Shown here piece after piece: positions 50,225 through 62,700 of a stretch of 64,000 nucleotides of DNA. The notes below the pieces were generated by a model that was given only the letters and a program-made list of their open reading frames with translations, searched no databases and was not told where the DNA came from. The stretch lies in NCBI GenBank assembly GCA_964106915.2, contig OZ066922.1, one strand, 5' to 3'. The first letter of the stretch is position 1. Every line of letters starts with the position of its first letter. This DNA comes from Podarcis gaigeae. Its lineage: Eukaryota. Both the position numbers and the translations under genes were made by a program.

Positions 50225-51378
50225 CTAAAGAGGAGAAATCAAATGAGATTATTTATTTCCCTACCAATTTCTCTTCATTGATTAAAGCATCACTGTTTTA
50301 GTTTGTGTGTGTGTGTGTGTGTCACACACAAATAACTGTTGGTACCAGCCTCGTGATTTACTTTTTACCCCTAATGGAACTTGATTAAGGAAGGAAACTG
50401 GAGAGTTATTTAGTATATTACATAAAAAAGTTTTCTGCGTTAAAAAAAAAATCCCTTGCAGGGATTCAAGAGTTTTCTAGAACAGACATAACTATTGATT
50501 GTAAGCCAAGTTGAATGTCTTACTGGAGAAAAAAAAAGGTTAGACTACAGATGTAAACACCAATGGCATGCATGCATGTTGGAGTTAAGAAGGGTAGTCA
50601 GCTATTTTGGCTTTGCAAATGCATGCTAATTAAAGAGACCAAACAAAACCTAGACCCCCCCCCCCAGCAGCAGTTCTCTACCACAGATATTCAGGGCCAC
50701 ATTCAATTAAACTAAGCAAATCACCCTTATGCAACAGGGTTACTCCTCCTCCTAATCAGGAGACCCTCCAGATCCATGTGGGGGGAGGGAGACAGGAGCA
50801 GTGTTTGAAATTCTCCAGGCGCATTTTGCATCTGGCTATTGACCCCTTGCTACCAAGTGAAGATGCCCAGGTGCCAGGATGGTGCCTGTCGTCTCCACCA
50901 TCTGGATGTGCATGCCTGGGGATCCTTGGATCCTGATTGTTTTCCCACACTAGCAACACATCCTGTATAAATCTATCTGTTATATTTTATCTGCACAATC
51001 GGAACAAATTTCAAGAACTCAAATGACATATTGAAATATATGTTTGAACCATTTGGCCCCAAAATGGCAACTAGTCATTCCATTTTGGAGACTGTAACCC
51101 TGGTTTAAGGAACCATTTGGCGCCTAGCTTATATATCTGTGTTTCTAACACTGGACGGGAGAGCATGCCATTTGGCAAGCAGAGATGCTTGCACTGAAGG
51201 AAAGCTCATAATACTGTGACACTGAATTCCTCCCTCAGTTCTGAATCCTTGAAGATTGGGAATACTGTTATACCTTGCAATTCTAGGTAAAACTCTAGCA
51301 CAAAAGAACTTAGAAATCTGTGATGGTATCTCTGGTTATTTTTCTCTGGTCAACAATGTGGATTTCAGAGCACCATAC

Positions 51379-51485
51379 CTATCTAGCAGGAACCGGAGAT
51401 ACTCAGAGCAGTCCTGCTGGGACCTAGGGGTGAACCAGGGTGGCCTGGAAGCCTCAAAGAAAATTCGAGGAGCATAGGCTTCTCT
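51379..51485 (-). CDS. USP38: USP38 coding exon 8 (QQD box)
   Basis: REAYAPRIFFEASRPPWFTPRSQQDCSEYLRFLLD(R); tacag| ... AG|GTATGG; 107 nt. Confidence 0.96.
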
Positions 51486-52196
51486 CTGTATCAGGAAGCA
51501 AGCAAAATCAAGTGAAATGCAAAGTAATGACACCACTCTATGAAGCATTCCTTAATTTCTGCATTGGGACGCTCAAATAAATAGATTGCAAGTGCATGCA
51601 AGTATGACAGAATAAATCTCAGGTATAAAAAAAATCCATAGGTCTAGTGCACATAGTTGTACCTTCAAATCTATCTCTTACATAAAAATAATCTAGAACC
51701 TAAACAAATCTTTTTTCTACAAAATATGCAAGTAGACAAACGGCTTAAAGCTAGAAAAGTTATATGGGTGTAGCAAGAATATGAACTACTTCATCCCCCT
51801 TTCCTAATCTTTTCGGTGCAATATGTACAGCGATTTTTTTAGATGTACACAGCAGCCATACTTGGATGCTCATTTCTGACTTCACAAAGCAAGGTCTGAG
51901 AAGCTGGGAACAAACATCTGAAACTGGTGACAATCAAAAATTGCTACTCTGAAAATCTCAACTATGTTGGCTAGATTTTAACTATTCTGCACAGGTTTTT
52001 AGAACTTATAAAATTTCACTCATGGAAAATAAGGCTATTCTTTTCTTTTGGCTTAGAAAAGCTGAGAATATTCAAATATTCTATATGAAATATGAATGTA
52101 TTTTTGTCTAGGTACATTCTGGTAGAACATTGAGACAGATGCAAGTTTTGGATATTATGGCTACAACATTCAGAAAATTAAAAGAGTTACACACAC

Positions 52197-52290
52197 CTGA
52201 GTATGAGCCAAAAATGCAAATAGATGTTGCAACTTTCTCATTAATGTATTGCACCCATTTAGATTTAAAGATAATACGTGCCTCCTGAAG
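52197..52290 (-). CDS. USP38: USP38 coding exon 7
   Basis: FRRHVLSLNLNGCNTLMRKLQHLFAFLAHTQ; ttttgcag| ... CAG|GTGTGT; 94 nt. Confidence 0.94.
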
Positions 52291-52998
52291 CTGCAAAAGA
52301 GAAAGAGATGAGATGACAATGGTTTCATGTTTCGTCATATACACAGTGTTTTGATGGCGCAGAAGAGATTTATCTGACATTAGCTTTGGCCAGTGTTTGC
52401 TTTTGTAATGCAGAATGGTCTGAATGACCCAGCACACTGGGCAATATCCAACACTAGTCCTACTAGAGTTGTTACAATGAAATCAGTGAAATCCTTTTAT
52501 TCCACTGATTTAAAGTGGCCAACTCCAAGTATGACTTAGTCAGATTATAAACCATTATTCATACAACACATACCTTGTTTTAATTCAAACTGGATTTAAA
52601 AAAAAAATTATAGAAGGTGATAAGACTAAAAAAAATTTGGGCATTTTTCAAAAAACTCCCAATTGGTGATTTTCTTTTGAGTGCATAAACATCTATCAGG
52701 GAACAAAGTAAACAAAATTTTATTGCCATGATGACTTATGTAAATGGAATAATTTTTACCAATATTAACGTGAATACATGATGACATGCAGGATATAATG
52801 TGAACTCCAATATATTTGAGCCCAATGTTTGGTTAAGGAAAACTAATTTGGGCCAGTGGACCAATTTTGCCATGTTACCTAGTTCTTCACTGGCAATATC
52901 AAAACCATAATGATGTGCTCCGTTAATTATTATTTTTTTAAAATTCTTTAGTACAAACAAATGCCTGGGATTCCTCACAAGAGGAAGTTTAAACTTAC

Positions 52999-53192
52999 TC
53001 TGTAGCCATGAATAATGCCTGAATCACACTGTTCATATAACATGTATTTCCTAAGTTAATCAGACCAGTCTTTCCCGTTTCAGATTTTCCAGAAAATCTA
53101 GACAGACAAGATTGCAAGGAACTGGATTGAGATGTCCAGGCACTCTGATTTAGTATCATTTTAATTTTCTCTTCACTGGGTTTGGGAAGGTC
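52999..53192 (-). CDS. USP38: USP38 coding exon 6 (catalytic Cys box)
   Basis: DLPKPSEEKIK...GKTGLINLGNTCYMNSVIQALFMAT(D); USP Cys box GLxNLGNTCY; ttgtag| ... GA|GTAAGT; 194 nt. Confidence 0.96.
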
Positions 53193-54160
53193 CTACAAGA
53201 AGGGAAAATTCAACACTGAGCATGAACAGCAACAACTTTAAGCACTTGTTTTCACAACAATACCTACAAAGTAGTAACAGTCACCCACATTGTCCTCACA
53301 ACTCAGGCTCTTTACTCATGGTAATGCTGAAAAAATATCACAGTTGTCTTTGTGAGAACTGACAGTACAGTTGTTTGGCCAGCCATCAAAGATTCACTGT
53401 GAATGCACAGCCAAGAAAAATTACTAGAGGCTGTGTCTTATCAACTCTAAAGATAGTGTCAAATCAGAGACTTGTAGGTAATCTTTGATCTGTTTCTGCT
53501 ATTTCTTTGCCACAAAGAGTGCCTCTCAAGCTGTAAAGTGTAGCAAAAACACTTGACAGCCTCTGTTCACCATAAGATGCATTTTTTAAAAATGATACCC
53601 CAACCAAAAGATACAACAGTCAAAGCCAAATATACTGCTGTGTGTGTTTTCTGCCTTTATGGAAGGTATTGTTCCACATCTTATGACAATGGTGGCACTA
53701 TATATATTGATTTGATCTGAATGAAAAGTGGCATAGAAAAACAATAAATCAAATAAAAGTCAGTGTATACATTCTTCCACAATGCACAACACAAAGGCAA
53801 TAGAAACAACATTTCTGATCAGGAAATATCTTGGTCATTTCAAACCACTTCCACTATCACTGAGTTAATACATGGTGACTTTTCCCTTCGATAATCACCA
53901 ATAATCTTCAGTAACTCTTATGAAAATGCTCCCATAAAGTAAAGGTGCATATTACCATATTTGCTTTTTAGTGCTTTTCTGGATTAAGCAACCAGAGATC
54001 TTATTTTATTTTTTCACATCTTCCTAGCCAGTGATTTTTCTAGTTCTACAATATAATCCAATTTCTTCCCTCAATCAGAAAATGGCCCAGATTCACTGCA
54101 GAGCATCAAGACCACCCCTCGCTTTCAACCTGTAGGTAGCATTTAATTTATTTGCATTAC

Positions 54161-54319
54161 CTTAATAGCTTCTAAAATAGGTTCATAGAGTTCTGGGAAT
54201 CCAGAGTAATGATACATCATACAGTGTATTAGCTCACTCAGCTGTCCCAAGAATGTTGCACTGGAGGCAAGGCCATTGATTTTGAAAGATTTTACCAGCT
54301 TGTCCACATGAGGAACAAT
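54161..54319 (-). CDS. USP38: USP38 coding exon 5
   Basis: Translated by hand: IVPHVDKLVKSFKINGLASSATFLGQLSELIHCMMYHYSGFPELYEPILEAIK; cattag| ... AAG|GTAATG; 159 nt. Confidence 0.95.
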
Positions 54320-55652
54320 CTAATGTTAAGAGAAAAAGACCAAAGCATTTGCCCAAGTTCATCTGAAAAACTATGCTATTCCTATCTACTTGAATGCAAT
54401 TAATGATTGATAACCATTTTAATAGTAAGGAGCAAAAGTTGTAATAGAAATCCCACAATTCCATTAAGATACATAAATCAGGATAGATAGCAACAGTGCA
54501 TTAGTAATGCATCGTTCTTCTAAATCAGCCTTCCCCAACCTGCTGCCTTTCAACAGTTTTGGACAACAAAACCCCAAACAGCTGAAGAACAAATTTGGGG
54601 AAGGCTGTTCTAAATATTATGAGTGAAACATTTAATGGCCTGTATTGTTTACTGTCACCCTGATAACGTACAACCTGTTCTGTATTCTATGGATTTATCT
54701 TGGTATTAGCTTGTAGCTCCATCAAGAGTGGCTCACCTCCACCTTGCCCATAAATTCAAAATCTTAAAAGGAATTCACAATCAAAACAGTACGAATTAGA
54801 AAATTCTAGAAAAGCCTGTCTTCAACAACTTTTCAAGCAGGCTAGCTACATCTTTGACTCCCAACAGAATTTTAGAAACATCTTTATTGAATTATGTGCC
54901 TTCATATTACTATTTAAGTGAGAGGCGTTTAACCCCCCAGTTTGAAGGCCTGATCTGCCCCCCCCCAGCAATTCTGGCCCCTCTTGAGACCCCACAGATT
55001 TTGTTGGTGGCAGCAGGAAAAAAGATGAGTAGACACAGTGCTAGGGTGGGTGGAGTTGAGGACCCTGATGTCCCCTATCTCTAATCTGATGGGTGCATAA
55101 TCTCCCTCCCTCAGATGATGTAGAAAAATTAGCTGAGATGGTTGTGTGCCTGTGTGTAGCCTGCACATTCAAGACTGTGGAGTAGCCGCTGGCATGAAGA
55201 GCTCAGAGGCCAACTGTGAATTTGGCCCTCAATACAGACTGTAGGAGGTGTTTAAAACATAACTGAACATCATGAACTGGCAGGAACGTTGAGGCATCTT
55301 GTGTGGCAGTGGCTCTATCTAACTCCCCTTGCCAAGTACTTGTGTACAGGTAAGTGTACAAGGAGTTCTCACAATTCTTAGTATCTAGTTCTATTTGTTT
55401 TAAAACTTGTTTTGTACAATATATCTTCAGCACAGAGCAGGATAAAACTGAAGTTGCAATACATGATGTGACTAGAAGAATAGACCTTATTATCTGCAGT
55501 ACAGATGTGAAGTTGGCTATTATGGCTGGTTTGCAACAAGCCACAACCCACCCTCCAGTACGAACACAAGACTGCAGTCTAGGTTTTACAAAGAAAGCTA
55601 TGGAAGTTGTTTGTAAGCAGTAGGTTTAAAGCTCAGACAAATGAAAACTTAC

Positions 55653-55754
55653 CAAGTGAAAAGCCTCTGGAGAATGCTGAAAACTAAGCAACATGTGAGA
55701 AAGGACAGCCAAAGCACCAGGTCTCACAAGAGGAAACCAAAGTCGATTAAAAAC
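55653..55754 (-). CDS. USP38: USP38 coding exon 4
   Basis: Translated by hand: VFNRLWFPLVRPGALAVLSHMLLSFQHSPEAFHL; ttgaag| ... TTG|GTAAGT; 102 nt. Confidence 0.95.
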
Positions 55755-55876
55755 CTTCAAAAAAAACCAAACACATCAGAATTGAGATATTCTTCAGTTT
55801 TCATTCTGTGTTACACAATATTTACACCAGTCTGGAATAAGCAGAAAAACTGTTCTACAAAAGCAACCATACCTAC

Positions 55877-56006
55877 CATTTCAATCTTAAGCAAAGTAAC
55901 ATCAATAAGTATAGTAAACTTCTGGACTGCAGCCAGCCCTTTCAAGAGTGCTATGACCCAGGTCTCCACATGCTGAGCCAATGGCCAGGACAGCCATTCA
56001 ATCATT
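55877..56006 (-). CDS. USP38: USP38 coding exon 3
   Basis: MIEWLSWPLAQHVETWVIALLKGLAAVQKFTILIDVTLLKIEM; tttcag| ... ATG|GTAGGT; 130 nt. Confidence 0.95.
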
Positions 56007-59000
56007 CTGAAAAAAGATGGGGTGCTTGTTAGTATTTCAGCCAAAAAAGAAGAAGTTCTAACTATTTCATTGCCCCACAGTTTGTGTTGGTTTTCATATT
56101 ATGACGATCACATTAAGTCACACCGAGAGTCGTGGCACTGCATAATTCTCTAGCCTTTGCAAACAACTTTCTCCAAGGTTTTGTGGCAGGGGGAAGTTCA
56201 TTAATCTCAGTACTCAAACTGCAGTACTACACCACTTAGAAAATAAGAATTTATTTCATCAAGCTAATGGGAGCTTTTTCGTTTGGAGCGCTGTGTGGAA
56301 TACTGTTGTACAAGTGTCATGAATGCAGATCAATGCTTTTATGCCCTCCCCATTTTCTGCCATTCTGTAAACATTTACCAATAAATGTCAAAGCCAACCA
56401 GTAGTCTTTATTAAACACTATCCTCATGTCCAAAGTTTTCAAATAAAACATTTATGGTAGAGATCTGAATTAAAAGAAGCAAGATCTTGACGTAATAGTT
56501 TCTTTTTTCCGACTGGTCCTTGCACAATGCTAAGATATGCTAGGAAACCAAAGCATTTAATGTAACATTTACTTTTCTTTCAGAAAGGAAAAAAAACCCT
56601 GTGCAGAAGCAGCAAGCGCATATCCCTCACTGGTACAACCAACAGCCAACAAACAAGGTGACCCAGCATTCCTTCAAGTTTGTGATTGCCTGCATTTAGC
56701 AATAGAAAGCAGAGATGTTGCTGTCGTTAGTAACCAATGACTTGGCTCAAAATATGAACCTTAGTGACTCACGGTACTCACTTTCAAAACAAACTGAGTA
56801 TACAACCCCCAACCCAGAAATAAGTTTCTTCTTTCCAACCTTATGATGTCTATGTTTTTGCGAAAATGACATTTCTCAGAATTCTAGGTGCCTGGAAGAA
56901 GGGAGAAATAGACACCCCAATTTCTTTCTCTAGTGCCAAGGTGGAGGAAGATGAGGAAGGAAAAATATTTCTCCCACCACAGGAGCAGGAGCCAGATAAA
57001 GGATGTTGGAACTAACCAGGATGGGAACAGTTTTTTGGGGGAGAGATGGGGAAAATAACTTTTTCCAAGCATCTTGTACATTTGCTTATAACTGCTGCTC
57101 CCAACCAAATCAAGCCAGGGAGAGCTCACCCATGTTTAGCTGCAAACCCTGTAAAAGACCATGAATGCATAAAGGATGACAGGCTCTGTCAAGCAATTAA
57201 CGTTTCTTCCAGCTCACCTAGATGCAGTCTTTTGTGATCGTTGACATTATACTACACATATCCTCATATTAGTTCAAGAGGTAAAAGAGCAGCCAACTTC
57301 TCTTTTTACTCCTCTTCATCTAGCTGACAAATATAAATGACTGCAGTTGCTCAGCTAGAAAGAAAAGGCAGGTGAAGCTGGCTGCCTCAGAAAAAATTCA
57401 CCAACTGATGATGTATTTATCCTGTAGCCATGGGACTTGTCTCTTATGGTCTAAAAGAGTTGCCAGCACTAAAATTTAATGTGATAGGCAAATAAGATTT
57501 GTATGTGGGCTAGTAAAATACTGTGTGTGTGTTAGCTAGAAAATGTTGAGCACTTATTTGCAAGGCTATGTAAGTTTTAAAATCTATGGCCCACAAAGGT
57601 ATAAGAATTTAAAAAATCAAAACCAAATAAATCATTTTCAGAAAAAAGGAAAAAAAAAACCAGTTAGATCCCTAGGTTTACTTAGCAGCCTACCATATAT
57701 GTGTTGATTGACAGATGTTTGTTTGTCAGAAACTGTTGTTAATAACCATATGCATGTAGCAAAAACTTGCAGCCAGCACCATAATCTCCAAAGGCCCCAG
57801 AACGGCTACTAATAGGCTTAATGAATTCAGCCATTTGTTTGTTCTTAGCAATGTGATTAAGCACCATCTTCTTCATTTCTATTTATTGCCCCTTTTCAGC
57901 TGCTAGACTGGTATCCAGAATTTGATTTATTACATTTACAGATTTCTAAATGCTGGATGTCACAAGCATTGTCAATATTTGAAAAATACAGATAATCTGA
58001 TGTTTAAGATTTCAGTAGCAGTTAGCTCTTCTTTGTAAGAAGACTGACTTGGATCCAGAGATAAACCTCCTCAAACAATAAGACTTTCCTGCCTGTTATA
58101 TATTGGAGTCCCCTGAAAAGAAAATCCTAAAGATCAGGGGACATTCCAAAATGGGACTGAATGTGGTGCAGGGGACTAAAACAGAAAGGATAGACTTGCC
58201 AGAAAACCCTGAATGAAAGCACCTTTGTATAAAAGATACTGAGATTATACTCAGCATCACCACAAGCCCCAAACAATGCATTTTGCAACTCAATATAGAT
58301 TCACATAGTGCTACTTTTGTCCTCTAAATGTCCAGCTAGGTTGTACAAAAATGTATAGAATTGTTTTATCTCAGTGAATGTGCACGATCATATGCATGCT
58401 TCATTGGAAGGAAATACCATTGAAGTCAATGGGACTTGCTCCCAAACAAATGCACATAGATGGCAGCTTTCATGTTGCTGGAGTGTACCCCATGTTCAAA
58501 ATCACCTGTTTTTAAATAGCAGCAAATTTTACCCATCAACTTTTATCCAAAGGCCAGTAATTACTACTTGCTTCACAAAAGCTTACTAAATACTTACTAA
58601 CCAAGAAGAACAAGATTATGCTGCTGAAAAGAAACAATATATAACTTATTATGACAAGGTAACTTCACAGGTCAGATTCTTTGGTGGAAACTGTTTTTAC
58701 TTTAAAAGGCAGATTGCTGTATTAGGATACCATAATAAGTTCTTTGTCAATGATTAAACTGTACCACTACAGATTTTCCTGAGTCACAATTTCCAATTTT
58801 TAAAGATTTCATTCGGTTGCAAATATGTTAATGGCATTACTGTTTTTATGGCTGCAATATCTGACATCAGGGTTTGCATCCCTGATGAATCAGACAATAA
58901 AAACACACAACACAAATGGATGTTTATTTTTAGTACAAATATTTACAAAAAACATGGATGGCATGCCAGAACTTAGTAGAGACTTTTTCCCCTCTTCTCT

Positions 59001-59217
59001 CACAAAAGAAGGAATGCCTCTTCTAAGACTGTGCTTGCCACAACAGTGTCTAAAACATAGTCTAAAAACAAATGTTTTTTCCTCTTCAGAAAGTATATTG
59101 TTCATTTACCAATTTATGCAGATTGAATCTATCCATTAAAACTCACATGATCCAACAGCTATGAGGTTTTCAATTTGGGTAATGTTGTCATCCTCTTTTC
59201 TAACACAAAGACTATAC

Positions 59218-59347
59218 CTGCACAAAGCTTGAGTCATACTTGCATCTTTTACATTTGGATCTGTGGTAAGGCTTCCGATGAGCACTGTAATCATCTGTAA
59301 TGGGATATGCTGCACAAGACTTGCCAAGGCAACTGAGGGTTCAAAAT
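59218..59347 (-). CDS. USP38: USP38 coding exon 2
   Basis: (D)FEPSVALASLVQHIPLQMITVLIGSLTTDPNVKDASMTQALC(R); acceptor ttgtag|, donor AG|GTATAG; 130 nt, frame consistent. Confidence 0.93.
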
Positions 59348-59744
59348 CTACAATAGACAAATACGCAAGAAAGAAGTTTTATGCTTTGCTTGTACTCTTT
59401 TTCCTACTGAATTTTGAAACACATTTCAAGAATATATTAAAGTTCTATTACAACAGATTATTCAAGTTCTAAGCAACATATTAATCCATTCAAATATGTT
59501 TTTGTAAATTAAGCCCAGCAGAAGAATTTCTTCCTTTGGTCTGTCTTAGTATTTTCTAGGAATTTAAGTGATCAAACGAGAAGGAAACTTGGGTATTCCC
59601 CCACTTTCATCTCTTTGGGAGTAGTCCATCTGTATGTACCACATATCTAGCAACTTTTTGAATTCCAGAAATGTGTTGCTCATGAACAGAGCACAAACAC
59701 GTGTGGGAAAGTTAATAGCCAAATAGTTAATATTCTGGAACTGA

Positions 59745-60080
59745 GGAAACATATGAAAAGCCTCTGCTGGATTAGGCCAGTGGTCCATCTAGTCCAGTAT
59801 TCTGCTCTCACAATAGCCAACCAGGTGCCTACAGGAAGCATGAAAGCAGGACCTGAGCACAACAGCGCTCTCCCCTTTTAAGATTCCCAGGAAGTGGCAT
59901 TCAGAGGCATATCACCTCCAACAAGGGAGGTAAAACATAAACCATTGTGGCTAGCAGCCATTAATATCCTTATCCCCTCTGAATCTGTCTAACCTCTTTG
60001 AAAGCTCTCAAAGTTGGAGGTCATCACTACTTGTGGGAGCAACACTTCATAGTTTAACTATGCACTGTATGAAGTAATGT
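59745..60080 (-). mobile_element. CR1 LINE 3' fragment in USP38 intron 1
   Basis: GCTGGATTAGGCCAGTGGTCCATCTAGTCCAGTATTCTG... is a CR1-like 3' UTR; decayed. Confidence 0.65.
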
Positions 60081-61030
60081 TTTATAAGAATGTAAGAAAG
60101 GTGGTAAATTAGTTCTCTCTCTAGAGCATCAGAATTTTTTTCCAGTACAAACTGAAATATTTGTGATGCAAATTACTCTAATTTCTCTAGGAAAAATTCC
60201 AGGAAATTCACACCATTAGCCAGATTAAACTAATACTGAAATGTTTAAGTTAATAGTGTTATCCCCAATATCTGTTTCAGTTAAAGTTATAACTTCTTTT
60301 TTTATACTTCAGCATGCTGTAAGGTTAGCACAAGCCACTCTATGACTTCAGCCGAGTTTCAAAGTTATCTAAAAGTAACGAAACAGCTAACTAAAGACAA
60401 AGACTTTCTCTCTGCAAGAGTTGTCAAGGAAGAGACTCAAGCTGCTCTCTGAGTTCTGTCCAAACTTGGCTAAATATTAAGCACCAAATGCACAATGATT
60501 TTTGGCCCAAGAGGGAAGGACTACAAGGAAGATGTGGCTCCCTGATCTAATAGCTAGTATGTCATGGACCCATTGCTTTTTAAAACTCACCTACTTTGAA
60601 AAAGGTTACATAAATTTTAAGTGCTTTACTTATTACTTTATCTACACTTCTTGTTGCCTTACACTTTGGCCCAATACAAATGTTACCTTTGAAACCCAGG
60701 AGCAATGACCTTTTCCAGAAAAATGTGCAAACAAGAACCACAGGAGAACTGAAGATAAAGCCATGACTTGCTCTTGCATCACCACTCCTTTAACTAATGC
60801 AACCACAGAGCTTTATTCTTGTTTACACATGTTGCCAGAGCGGCCTAGGATGACATTAGGGAGAATGCTGCTCATGTTGTACAGTGGTACCTCGGGTTAG
60901 AGATGCTTCAGGTTACAGACTCCGCTAACCCAGAAACAGTACCTCAGGTTAAGAACTTTGCTTCAGGAGAAGAACAGAAATCACGTGGCGGCGACGCAGC
61001 AGGTCCCATTAGCTAAAGTTTCAGGTTAAG

Positions 61031-61254
61031 TTACAGATAGGTAGCCGTGTTGGTCTGCCATAGTCAAAACAAAAAAAAATTCCTTCCAGTAGCACCTTAA
61101 AGACCAACTAAGTCAGTTCTTGGTATGAGCTTTCGTGTGCATGCACACTTCTTCAGATACACTGTGTATCTGAAGAAGTGTGCATGCACACGAAAGCCCA
61201 TACCAAGAACTGACTTAGTTGGTCTTTAAGGTGCTACTGGAAGGAATTTTTTTT
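61031..61254 (-). mobile_element. Penelope-like element 3' end with inverted copy, nested in a MITE in USP38 intron 1
   Basis: ~95-bp inverted arms centred at 61163; same family as 35993-36177; contains hammerhead core motifs. Confidence 0.85.
61123..61160 (-). ncRNA. Minimal type-I hammerhead ribozyme of the Penelope type
   Basis: Minus-strand RNA GUAU-CUGAAGA-A-GUGUGCAUGCACAC-GAAA-GCUC-AUAC: stem I GUAU/AUAC, CUGANGA core, stem II, GAAA, palindromic AGCU mini stem III, CUC cleavage triplet. Confidence 0.8.
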
Positions 61255-61447
61255 GTTTCAGGTTAAGAACGGACCACCAGAACGAATTAAGTTCTTAACC
61301 CGAGGTACCACTGTACAAGGAGAACATTTGGCGATAACTGTATGGGTGAGAGCACAAACCTACTTCTTGCTCTTCCTAAGGTGATACCCCTGCAAACCCC
61401 AGAGGGGCACTGAAGCCCGTGCCTTACCAAGCGAAAAAGCAACTCAC

Positions 61448-62174
61448 CAGTGGAGGAGATGATGGCAAAGAGCTCCTGTAAGGAGGGCAGCAGCGTGTCG
61501 GGCTCTGCCTTCCAGATGCTGCGCAGGAGGCCGCTGACTTGGGTGACCTGGGAGACGTAGAGGCGCAGCTCGGCCTCGCGGGTGCCCTGCGTCTGGAAGT
61601 GGGCGATGCTGCGCACCAGCTGCTGGCAGAAGGCGAGCGCGGGCTTCCTGCCGCGGGGCAGGCACTGCGGGAAGTCGCTGAGGAGCTGGCAGAGGCGAGC
61701 GCACAGCGGCGCCGGCGGCCTCTCGCTCACCAGGCGCAGCGCTTCCCCTTGAAGCAGCGCGAAGAGCTCCAGCACCGCCGGGCAGCTGATGAGCAGGCGC
61801 AGCCCCACCTGGATGTAGTCCAGCACGGCCGGGTCCAGGCTAGGCCCCAGGCCGGGAGCCACGACGGGGAGAGGCGGCGGCGGCGGCAGCGCCGGGTCTC
61901 CCCCCTGGAGCAAGGCCAGCACCAGCCCGCGCGTGAAGAAGGCCTCGAAGTCGTCGCGGTGGTGGCGGGCGTAGGCCTCGAGCACCTGCCGCCCCACCTG
62001 GCGCTGGAACTGGTCGGGGCCCTGGAGGATGAGGCGGGTGCTGAGCGAGAACATGGCCCGGCACTCGGGCGCGCTCTGAGGCGTCTCGGCCGACTCCACC
62101 ACGCGCCGCACGATCACGCGCTTCAGCGGCAGCGGGTGCGAGGAGCTCACCAGGCCCTCCAGGATCTTGTCCAT
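61448..62174 (-). CDS. USP38: USP38 coding exon 1 (start codon)
   Basis: Translates MDKILEGLVSSSHPLPLKRVIVRRVVESAE...LLPSLQELFAIISST, the USP38 N-terminus. Strong Kozak gccATGG; donor G|GTGAGT at 61447; 727 nt, phase 1. Confidence 0.97.
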
Positions 62175-62700
62175 GGCGAGCGCCGGCCCACCATCGGGCG
62201 ACCAGGCCCCGCCGGCCCTTCTCTTCCGCCGCCCCCCTCGTCACCCCCCCGGCCGGCAGCGGCGCCTCAACATCGGCCCCAGCCCGCCTTTCTCGGCAGG
62301 TTTCGAAACACCGGTACCTCAGAGGCCCCGGACGCCGGGAAGAAGCATCTGACCCGGAAGCGACGGAGCGGCGCACAGTCACGCCAGGCAGGAAGTGGAA
62401 TTACTCGGAACGCACATAAACAACCGGCGGAGCGCTCGTTTTTTCTCCGTAAGCCCTAGCAACGCGCATGCGCCCATTCCGCCGCGGAGGGCGTGCTGCG
62501 GCCCTTGCGCTGCGGACCAATCACAGAGCTCGTGTAGATGGAGAGGCGGAGCCGCGCGATAAAAGAGGGAGGGGCGAAACCTGAGGAGGAGGAGGAGGAG
62601 GAGTTGAAGGGGCGGGGCTCTGCTGGTCACTTGAAATGGTTGGTGGTCTGTCAAGCGCCCTCGCGCCTCTTCTCTAAAGCAGCGCGTCGTGGAAAAGTAA
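62175..62700 (-). promoter_or_regulatory. USP38 CpG-island promoter / 5' UTR
   Basis: CpG-rich with no obvious TATA box. ETS sites CCGGAAG 62354-62360 and CAGGAAGT 62389-62396; NRF1 palindrome GCGCATGCGC 62464-62473; CCAAT 62517-62521; GC box GGGGCGGGG near 62609. Confidence 0.85.

Larger units (their letters stand above)
60882..61313. mobile_element. Tc1/mariner MITE hosting the Penelope insertion
   Basis: TA-CAGTGGTACCTCGGGTTA...TAACCCGAGGTACCACTG-TA. Confidence 0.9.

Noticed and set aside
58860-58894. CTGATGA within a small hairpin in USP38 intron 2, as a possible hammerhead or C/D snoRNA
   Set aside because: No stem II plus GAAA, and no properly spaced C and D boxes.
61539-62459. 306-aa plus-strand ORF and other ORFs overlapping USP38 exon 1
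   Set aside because: Antisense or alternate-frame shadows of a very GC-rich exon with few stop codons; no recognisable domain.
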